Shown piece by piece: positions 49,174 through 55,539 of a stretch of DNA of 64,000 nucleotides; position 1 is the stretch's first letter; each line of letters opens with the position of its first letter. A model generated the notes under the pieces. It had not been told where the DNA came from. It saw only the letters and a list, made by a program, of their open reading frames with translations, and did no database searches. Position numbers and translations under genes: made by a program. This DNA is from Novosphingobium sp. (lineage in GTDB: Bacteria > Pseudomonadota > Alphaproteobacteria > Sphingomonadales > Sphingomonadaceae): assembly GCA_031428115.1 (NCBI GenBank), contig JANPOS010000070.1:97418-161417 (forward strand), written 5' to 3'.

Positions 49174-49298
49174 ATCGGGGGAGGGGGGCCAGCGAAGGTG
49201 GTGGAGGGGCACCCGCGCCCAATCCCAACCTTGCTTCAAGCCGCCACCCCAGCGAAAATTTATTTCGCGCAAAGCCGCAAAGAGCGCAAAGAAGCCCC

Positions 49299-49829
49299 AT
49301 GCAGGATGCCGCGCCCAAAAAGATTATCATCGTTGCCGGACCCAATGGCGCGGGCAAGACAACCTTTGCCCGCTCGTTCCTCCCGATGGAAGCAGGTGTG
49401 CCCCGCTTCATAAACGCCGATGCCATTGCCGCAGGCCTTGCCGCGTTCGCCCCCGAAACCGCCGCGATCCGCGCCGGACGGCTGATGCTGGAGGAGATCC
49501 ACCTGTGCGTCCGGCGTGGGGATAGCTTCGCTTTTGAAACCACCCTGTCCGGTCTGACCTACTTGCGCCACATCGCCGCATGGCGCGCGCTGGGTTACCG
49601 GGTCAGCCTGATCTTCCTGAGCTTGCCAACCGCCGAGACGGCTATCGAGCGAGTCGGCTCGCGGGTGCGGCAAGGCGGACACCATGTTCCTGAGTCGGTA
49701 ATCCGCCGCCGCTTTGACGCCGGTCTCAAAAACTTCCGGCAGCATTACATAGGTGCTGTGGACGACTGGATCCTGTATGATAACTCCGCAGGGGAACCTG
49801 TAGCGCTCGAATGGGGAGAAACGCCATGA
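49299..49829 (+). CDS. zeta-toxin-like P-loop kinase (COG4185-type AAA/zeta family)
   Basis: It has Walker A IIVAGPNGAGKTT near the N-terminus and is about 176 aa with FETTLSG and a GGHHVPE region typical of zeta/PezT-like kinases. It is the in-frame tail of the spurious 727-aa track ORF 47646-49829. Confidence 0.75.
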   Translation: MQDAAPKKIIIVAGPNGAGKTTFARSFLPMEAGVPRFINADAIAAGLAAFAPETAAIRAGRLMLEEIHLCVRRGDSFAFETTLSGLTYLRHIAAWRALGYRVSLIFLSLPTAETAIERVGSRVRQGGHHVPESVIRRRFDAGLKNFRQHYIGAVDDWILYDNSAGEPVALEWGETP

Positions 49830-50008
49830 GCCAAACCGACCTGTCGCTTGCGAAAAACCCGGATTTGCGTGCCTCGCTCGCCGGCATGCGCCGCGCCGCA
49901 GCGCTCGCCCGCCAGACTGCAATCCAAACCGATACAGAGATCGTCATGGTGCGGGGCGGCAAACCGGTGCGGATTTCGGCAGCGGAATTGCGCGCAAGCA
50001 AGGATTGA
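49826..50008 (+). CDS. 60-aa protein translationally coupled to the zeta-like gene (possible cognate partner)
   Basis: It has an ATGA overlap with the zeta-like stop, native GC-rich codon usage and no recognised domain. Confidence 0.5.
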   Translation: MSQTDLSLAKNPDLRASLAGMRRAAALARQTAIQTDTEIVMVRGGKPVRISAAELRASKD

Positions 50009-50062
50009 TCTGAATGTGATCTTCCTTGCTTTTGCGTGACACAAATGGGGGCTATTGCACCT

Positions 50063-50129
50063 GTCACCGTAACCGGTAACTACCGGAATTCCTCTGTACT
50101 GGGAATTCCCCCGGTATCACCGTAAATTC
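50063..50129. repeat. left composite inverted-repeat end of the three-gene cassette
   Basis: It contains GTCACCGTAA (50063-50072), CCGGAATTCC (50083-50092), GGAATTCCCCC (50102-50112) and TCACCGTAA (50117-50125). The same motif set occurs in inverted orientation at 51966-52020. Confidence 0.7.
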
Positions 50130-50575
50130 AAATCCATAACCGCAACATGCTCCGTAAATACTTCCAGAGTAAGCGCATCAAGCAGCGCGCGGTCTTCATC
50201 AGTGAAGCGTCGAAGTTCGACATGGCCTGTGTTTGGACCTTCGGGCGTATGAACCAAGCGCACCTGCTTGCCATAGTTTACCGATATTTCGCGACTTTTT
50301 CCTGCATTACCAATGGCGAAATAGGCTTTCGCTCCTAGTTTTTTCGACTGTCGGGTATCTCGAAATTTTGAAGCGGCGATAGAATAAGTCGCCAATTCTT
50401 TCGCCCCGTAATGTTCGACCCAAGTCAGTGAGAGCCCCCCTTTGTCGCTGGGACGCAACGTAAATGCAGCGCCCGTGATGCCTTTGAAGCGGCCATCATC
50501 AGGATCGCGCACCTGTTGGCCATACGGAACGAAGCGCATCAAATGGTCGGAATCGGGAATCCGATCCTTAGCCAT
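50117..50575 (-). CDS. hypothetical protein (third gene of cassette)
   Basis: The ATG at 50575 overlaps the upstream stop as ATGGCTAA. The 152-aa protein starts MAKDRIPDSDHLMRFVPYGQQV. I recognise no family. The track ORF opens at 50608. Confidence 0.65.
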   Translation of the reverse strand: MAKDRIPDSDHLMRFVPYGQQVRDPDDGRFKGITGAAFTLRPSDKGGLSLTWVEHYGAKELATYSIAASKFRDTRQSKKLGAKAYFAIGNAGKSREISVNYGKQVRLVHTPEGPNTGHVELRRFTDEDRALLDALTLEVFTEHVAVMDLNLR

Positions 50576-51158
50576 TGCCGAACCAAGCGTCGGGTTGATA
50601 AGGAGCAAGGCGGGGCATAATCAATTCGAGCGTTGCCATCCCAGCAGTCGGGTATCCATCTGCGCAACTGACAACCCATTGGAGTCGGTCGTTCGCTTTG
50701 AACTCAATCGTCAGGCGGCTGCCATTGGCCTCCCATACGGCCAGAAGATGCCCGTCCGGGTTCAGCGCTAGCGACGGTTTTGAATGGCGACCTTCGGCGA
50801 TCATGAACCGTATGAAGCTCTTGTATGATTCCAATAGGACCGGTCGATCATCGCCGAACCATTCATCGCAATCATGCAAGAGGTCAAGCTGTCGGAAATA
50901 GCGGTTGCGCGCCGCCAAATCGAGCCGCATCGCCACCTTGGAAGTCCAGATCTTCGCATCGGCCAGCGCAACAAAAACCCGCTCAGCAAGCGATGCTGGT
51001 GCCATTGTTTCGCTGACAGGAGCAACTGCATGCGGCTCCACCAACCCATGCTTAATAATATCGGCCATCCCCAACCCCAACGCACTGGAGCTTGAAATTG
51101 ACGATTTCAATTGCCGCAAATTTACGTTGCTGGCGAGATAATTTCCCATTTCTGTCAT
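50568..51158 (-). CDS. hypothetical protein (second gene of cassette)
   Basis: It is 196 aa and has an ATGA overlap with the upstream stop. I recognise no family. Confidence 0.65.
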   Translation of the reverse strand: MTEMGNYLASNVNLRQLKSSISSSSALGLGMADIIKHGLVEPHAVAPVSETMAPASLAERVFVALADAKIWTSKVAMRLDLAARNRYFRQLDLLHDCDEWFGDDRPVLLESYKSFIRFMIAEGRHSKPSLALNPDGHLLAVWEANGSRLTIEFKANDRLQWVVSCADGYPTAGMATLELIMPRLAPYQPDAWFGNG

Positions 51159-51898
51159 CGTGAAAAACTGGCTCTCGCTTTGTCAGTGATAGATGTTTCA
51201 AAAATCTCATTTTTCAAGTTGCGCATCTTTTCTAGCACACCTTCAATTTCATCTACCTTAACCGGAAGATTGCGTTCCGCAATCACGTCTATGTCCAACA
51301 AAAATGCAGCGTGCTTAGGTATCACTGGCGCGGTCGTTGCAGATTGCACTATTGCCAGCAAACCCAGGTCAGCAAAATCCCGTTCAAATCTCCACCCATA
51401 GCTATTCACCGTATCGCACATTGGCGGCAGAGTAAGGTTGATCGTCAGGTAGTGCTCATACCACGTAACCTCCCCTTCATTTGCGGGAATGTCGATCCGG
51501 TTGATGTATCGAACACCAATTCGAGCCAATTTTCTGAATCCAGTCACCTCTTGCGCGATCCGCACATCCCGCATGCAGCGCTCAACAAAGGGTTGCCATC
51601 CGTCATATGGGGCAAGGTGGGACCAAGTTTGAAATGCATCTGCCACAATGAGAACATCTGTCTCGTCTGGCGAGGAAAGTCTTGCTTGGACCTCGGCCGT
51701 AAATGCGGCCTTCTCCTGTGCGAAATCGAGACTAGCGCCTTTGGTGATCTGGGGAAGCTCATTCGCATATTCGCGTTTCAGCCGTTTAAGCAGCTTTTTG
51801 TAGAGTGATTTGGGTAGAGGCTCTGCATATCGAAGCTGAATGACCGCTTCGATGATCGGTGGCGCATCGTATGGCGGTCCGAATGAGGTTTCAGTCAT
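51155..51898 (-). CDS. TIGR04255-like family protein (function unknown)
   Basis: PPIIEAVIQLRY near the N-terminus, ARIGVRYINRI mid-protein and the about 250 aa length match my recollection of TIGR04255. I prefer the ATG at 51898 over the GTG at 51916. Confidence 0.7.
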   Translation of the reverse strand: MTETSFGPPYDAPPIIEAVIQLRYAEPLPKSLYKKLLKRLKREYANELPQITKGASLDFAQEKAAFTAEVQARLSSPDETDVLIVADAFQTWSHLAPYDGWQPFVERCMRDVRIAQEVTGFRKLARIGVRYINRIDIPANEGEVTWYEHYLTINLTLPPMCDTVNSYGWRFERDFADLGLLAIVQSATTAPVIPKHAAFLLDIDVIAERNLPVKVDEIEGVLEKMRNLKNEIFETSITDKARASFSR

Positions 51899-51965
51899 GT
51901 CGTCGATCCTATCCACTGCTTTCCCGATCTTATCAACATAGCGTGTCCAATAATTCGCTGACTTC

Positions 51966-52020
51966 GAATTACGGGAAAAGGGGGAATTCCGGAGATTACT
52001 GTGACGAGATTACGGTGACG
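51966..52020. repeat. right composite inverted-repeat end of the cassette, includes a tandem 14-mer
   Basis: Read on the minus strand it contains GTCACCGTAA (52019-52010), GTCACAGTAA (52005-51996), CCGGAATTCCCCC (51992-51980) and CCCGTAA (51975-51969). On the plus strand, AGATTACTGTGACG is followed directly by AGATTACGGTGACG. Confidence 0.7.
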
Positions 52021-52192
52021 GCGCACTTGTTTTTCAACTCCCCCTAATCCGCCCCGCCTCCCGCTTGCCCTGATCAGCCGCGAACGCTGAATGACGCGGA
52101 AATCACTCGTCTGCACAAAAATTCCCCACTCCGGCAGCAATTCGTGCCATTAGGCCCCCAATCCACCCAACCAGACGAGAACGACACCAAAG

Positions 52193-52504
52193 ATGGCATC
52201 CTACAAAGACCCCAGTTTCCAGGAGCGCACAGCGCTCGCCAAGCAGGCCCGCGAAAAGGCGCTGGCGCTGCTCGCCACCAAGGCTGCGCCTGATGCCGAG
52301 CTGATGGCCCAGCGCAAGGCCGCCCGCGAAGCAAAGGAAGCCGCCGCGCGCGAGAAGAGCGCTGCGCGCAAGGCCGCGATTGCCGAAGCCAAGGCCGACA
52401 AGCTGGCCGCCAGCCAAGTGCCCGAAAAGCCCAAGCCGACTGAAGCCGAGCTCAAAGCCGCGCGCGATGCGCGCTATGCGGCGCGGAAGAAGAACAAGCG
52501 GTGA
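52193..52504 (+). CDS. Lys/Ala/Glu-rich small protein (resembles DUF6481 family)
   Basis: The 103-aa protein MASYKDPSFQERTALAKQAREKAL... is helical, charged and low-complexity, as in small conserved alphaproteobacterial proteins. G+C returns to the native level. Confidence 0.65.
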   Translation: MASYKDPSFQERTALAKQAREKALALLATKAAPDAELMAQRKAAREAKEAAAREKSAARKAAIAEAKADKLAASQVPEKPKPTEAELKAARDARYAARKKNKR

Positions 52505-52720
52505 TTTGAGGGGCTTTTTGCCTCGGCGCTAGGGCACAGGGAAGCTGGACCCCGGATCATCCTGAGCACGTCGAAGGGCCGGGGTGACGAAGGGGGGCGG
52601 AAGTGTGCCTGAGCGGCGGCGGTGTAGGAAAGGGTTATCCCGCCGTGCGCAAAGGTCCGGCCAGCGTAACAACAAATCAACCATTTCGGCGCACATCCGT
52701 GGCTACGCCAGGCCCGGGAA

Positions 52721-54127
52721 ATGCGTGTGTCCACAATCGTTATCGATGGATTGAACGAAGAAGACTTCCGTCGCTCGATCGAAAACCGGTTGCGCGAGGG
52801 GATGGCTATTGCCGCGATCGAGCGGCTGCGGCCGTTGCTTGCGCCCTATTGCGCGCCCTGCGGGATGCTGCCGGAGCGGTTCCTGACCGTGGGGCCGGGC
52901 GATCTGGTGCTGGGCGGCTGGGATGCGCTGGGCGATGCGGTGAAGCGGCGCGATCTGCCGGGGCGGCGGATTACCGCGTTTTCGGTCGCCTTTGCCTGGC
53001 CGGGTGATGATGCGCCCGCGCCCGATGAGCAGGGGCTGCTGCAACCGCACATCGAAGTCAGCTATTTCAGCGACAACGCCTATCCGTTCTCGCTGAGCAT
53101 GCGCGAGGACTTGCTTGAGGGCTATTCGTTCTATGGCTGCGCCTGGAGCGGCGACTGCGAGGCGAGCGACAATGCGCTGACGCTGAGCGGGATCGACGAC
53201 CTGCACGGCGCGCTGGCCATGCTCGAATCGCGGCTGCTGGAATGCGAGGAGCCCGACGAGGACGGTATCCGCGCCGGCTCGCTGGGGGCGTGCCTGCTCT
53301 CGGCGCTGCTGGTCCAGGCGGTGAACGAGCGGGTGGCCCGCGACGGCCTGCCGCGCTCGCTTTGCGTGATGGCGGGGAGCAACGGCGTCTATCCCTATTT
53401 CGACGCGCCGGTGGCAGGCATGCCTGAAGTCAGCCGCAAGGTGGCCGAAGCGCGCGAGGAGGTGATCGAGGCGAGCGTCGACCTGCCCGCGCCGCGCTAT
53501 AGCAGCCTGTTGATGACCGGAATCCCGCGCGCGAAAAAACGCGCGGTGCTGGTGCTCGACGAGAGCACGGATGAAATGGATGGCCGCATCGCGCGGCTGC
53601 GCGGTCTCAATCACCGGGGCGAGGAGCTGGACGACGCGGCGAGCGATGATGGCTTGGGCGAAGTGCCAAGCATTGACCGGCCCGCATCGGACGAAGGGGT
53701 GATCATTCCCGTGGCCGAAAGCCCGCTTCTCGCCAAGAAGCACGGCAAGCCCGCCTGGGACTTCCGCGACATGCTGGGGCCGGGCGGCGGCGAACCGCAT
53801 GTGGTGGAGGCTCGCCTGCCGCCGAGCGAACCACAGGAACCGGCGCAGGCGGAAACAGCGGAGCAGCACCCGGTTGGTCCCGGATTCCAGCTGCTGGAGC
53901 CCGACTTGCAGCAGCGGTTGCAGCAGTTGCTGGCGGGTCAGACACTGCCGGTGGCCGCAACCGTCTTGCCCGAAACACCGCCCGCCCAGACGGAAGCGAG
54001 CGCCGCCCCGGCACCGCGCACGCTCAGCCGCGCCGGGGTGATCATCACTGTAGCCCCGGCGAACGAGAGCCTTGCTGATCGCCTGCGCGGGCGGATCAGG
54101 GCATGGCTCGCCCGTTTGCGCAAATAG
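52721..54127 (+). CDS. hypothetical acidic protein, 468 aa
   Basis: It has balanced, Asp/Glu-rich composition, whereas the overlapping 550-aa antisense ORF is Arg/Ala-rich. I recognise no domain. The C-terminal third is Pro/Glu/Gln-rich. Confidence 0.65.
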   Translation: MRVSTIVIDGLNEEDFRRSIENRLREGMAIAAIERLRPLLAPYCAPCGMLPERFLTVGPGDLVLGGWDALGDAVKRRDLPGRRITAFSVAFAWPGDDAPAPDEQGLLQPHIEVSYFSDNAYPFSLSMREDLLEGYSFYGCAWSGDCEASDNALTLSGIDDLHGALAMLESRLLECEEPDEDGIRAGSLGACLLSALLVQAVNERVARDGLPRSLCVMAGSNGVYPYFDAPVAGMPEVSRKVAEAREEVIEASVDLPAPRYSSLLMTGIPRAKKRAVLVLDESTDEMDGRIARLRGLNHRGEELDDAASDDGLGEVPSIDRPASDEGVIIPVAESPLLAKKHGKPAWDFRDMLGPGGGEPHVVEARLPPSEPQEPAQAETAEQHPVGPGFQLLEPDLQQRLQQLLAGQTLPVAATVLPETPPAQTEASAAPAPRTLSRAGVIITVAPANESLADRLRGRIRAWLARLRK

Positions 54128-54128
54128 C

Positions 54129-55523
54129 TCAGACGAAGCCCAGGTTGGTTCCCAGCGTGCTGCCGGCGTAATTGTTGATATTGGGGAAGACCGTAGCGAG
54201 ATCGCCGGCCGGAACCCCGAACCAGCTGGCCAGCGTCGCGCCGTACTGATCAACCGACATCGTCGGCAGCAGGCGCCCCTGGCCGATGTCGTCGGCGCCA
54301 TTGACGGCCAGCGTGGGGTTGGTGCCATAGAACCGCCGCCCGTTGACCGCGCCACCCAGCGCGAAATGCATCGAGCCCCAGCCGTGGTCGGTGCCGTCGT
54401 TGTTGGCAGTCATCGCGCGGCCGAAGTCCGATCCGGTGAAGGTGGTGACTTTGTTCGCGATGCCGAGTTCGACCGTGGTGTCATAGAAAGCGCGCATCGC
54501 ATTGCCGACGTTCTGCATCAGCAAGGGATGCAGCGCGCCCAGCCCGTCATGCGTGTCGAAGCGACCGGTCGAAACGAAGAACACCTGGCGCTTGGCTCCG
54601 AGTTCCTGGCTGACCGAGATCAGCCTGGCGACCACCTGCAATTGCGCGCCGAGCGAGCTAGAGGGGTCGGCGGCGGCAGGGAACGGCGTGGTCGTGGCGG
54701 GAGCGGCAGCGAGTGAGGTCGAAACCAGATCATAGAGATTGAGCGCGCGGCGACCGATATCGCCCACGGCGGTCTGGAAATCGTGGGTGCCGCCCGGATT
54801 GGCGATCAACTGGCGCAGCATGGTCGATGCCGCCGCCGAGCCATTGAGCGTATTGCGGGCAGTGAGCGCGATCGGGCCAGCAGTGGACACCGAATACTGC
54901 ACCGCCGCGCGGCCGCTGAGGAACACGGCGTTGCCCGAGGGATTGATGCAGGTCAGCGCGGCATTGCCGTTGCCCGATTGCAGCAGATCGCCGATGCGCC
55001 CGCCCCAGCCGGTCGCCGCGCCTTCGGGCGAGCTGGCCTGCCAGTAGCTTTGCTGGTCGTTGTGGCTGAGCAGCTTTGGCGGCAGCTGCACGCTGCGCGC
55101 GGTATACTGCGCCTTGGTGGTCGGCTGAACGAGCGTTCCGACATTGAGCATGACCGCCATGCGGCCGGCGTTGAAAATCGGCAGCAGCGGTGCCAGGCCG
55201 GGCGCCAGCGCATATTGCGCGCCGCCTGCCAGCGCGGTGGTGGGCGCGAGCAGGGTCGGCGCGAGCGCCGCCTGGCTCAGCGCAAAACCGGAGCGTTGCG
55301 ACGTGTAGAAGGCATGGCGCGCGGCATCATAGGGCGGCAAGGTGTTGGCATAGTCGTTGCCGCCATAAAGGAAGACGCAGACCAGCGCCTTGTAATCAGT
55401 CGCCGTGGCGGCGGCAGCTTCGCCCATCGCGGCGAGGTTCATCACGAACGGCGTCGCCGAACCGGCGATGGAAAGCGCCGAGGCCCGCTTGATGAAGGCG
55501 CGGCGGGATTGGTCCATGGTCAT
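54129..55523 (-). CDS. DUF1501 domain protein (sulfatase/phosphatase-fold, Tat-exported)
   Basis: It has a Tat signal (MTMDQSRRAFIKRASALSIAGSATPF), a conserved GGNDYANT segment and a C-terminal DHGWGS. It is paired with a DUF1800 gene, as is usual. Confidence 0.85.
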   Translation of the reverse strand: MTMDQSRRAFIKRASALSIAGSATPFVMNLAAMGEAAAATATDYKALVCVFLYGGNDYANTLPPYDAARHAFYTSQRSGFALSQAALAPTLLAPTTALAGGAQYALAPGLAPLLPIFNAGRMAVMLNVGTLVQPTTKAQYTARSVQLPPKLLSHNDQQSYWQASSPEGAATGWGGRIGDLLQSGNGNAALTCINPSGNAVFLSGRAAVQYSVSTAGPIALTARNTLNGSAAASTMLRQLIANPGGTHDFQTAVGDIGRRALNLYDLVSTSLAAAPATTTPFPAAADPSSSLGAQLQVVARLISVSQELGAKRQVFFVSTGRFDTHDGLGALHPLLMQNVGNAMRAFYDTTVELGIANKVTTFTGSDFGRAMTANNDGTDHGWGSMHFALGGAVNGRRFYGTNPTLAVNGADDIGQGRLLPTMSVDQYGATLASWFGVPAGDLATVFPNINNYAGSTLGTNLGFV

Positions 55524-55539
55524 GTCCGTTGCCCCTTCT

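Larger units (their letters stand above)
50063..52020 (-). mobile_element. candidate non-autonomous, inverted-repeat-bounded passenger cassette (MIC/MITE-like) carrying a three-gene operon
   Basis: Composite inverted repeats sit at both ends, G+C is lower than the surroundings by hand counts, and no recombinase lies inside. Mobility is an inference. Confidence 0.35.

Noticed and set aside
47646-49298. The 727-aa plus-strand ORF running through lepA in another frame.
   Set aside because: Only its last 176 codons, from the ATG at 49299, encode a recognisable protein (the zeta-like kinase). The upstream part overlaps lepA and is Arg/Pro-rich nonsense.
50081-50116. The hairpin TACCGGAATTCC ... 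GGAATTCCCCCGGTA directly after the stop of the last cassette gene, considered as an intrinsic terminator.
   Set aside because: On the transcribed (minus) strand it is not followed by a U tract. I treat it as part of the inverted-repeat end rather than a called terminator.
52550-52584. The GC-rich intergenic hairpin CCCCGG...CATCCTGAGCACGTCGAAGGG...CCGGGG. A TCGTCATTGCGAG-containing stretch near 30075-30100 is similar. Both resemble short REP-like intergenic repeats common in alphaproteobacteria.
   Set aside because: Each occurs only once in this window, so repeat status cannot be shown here. It would need a whole-genome count.
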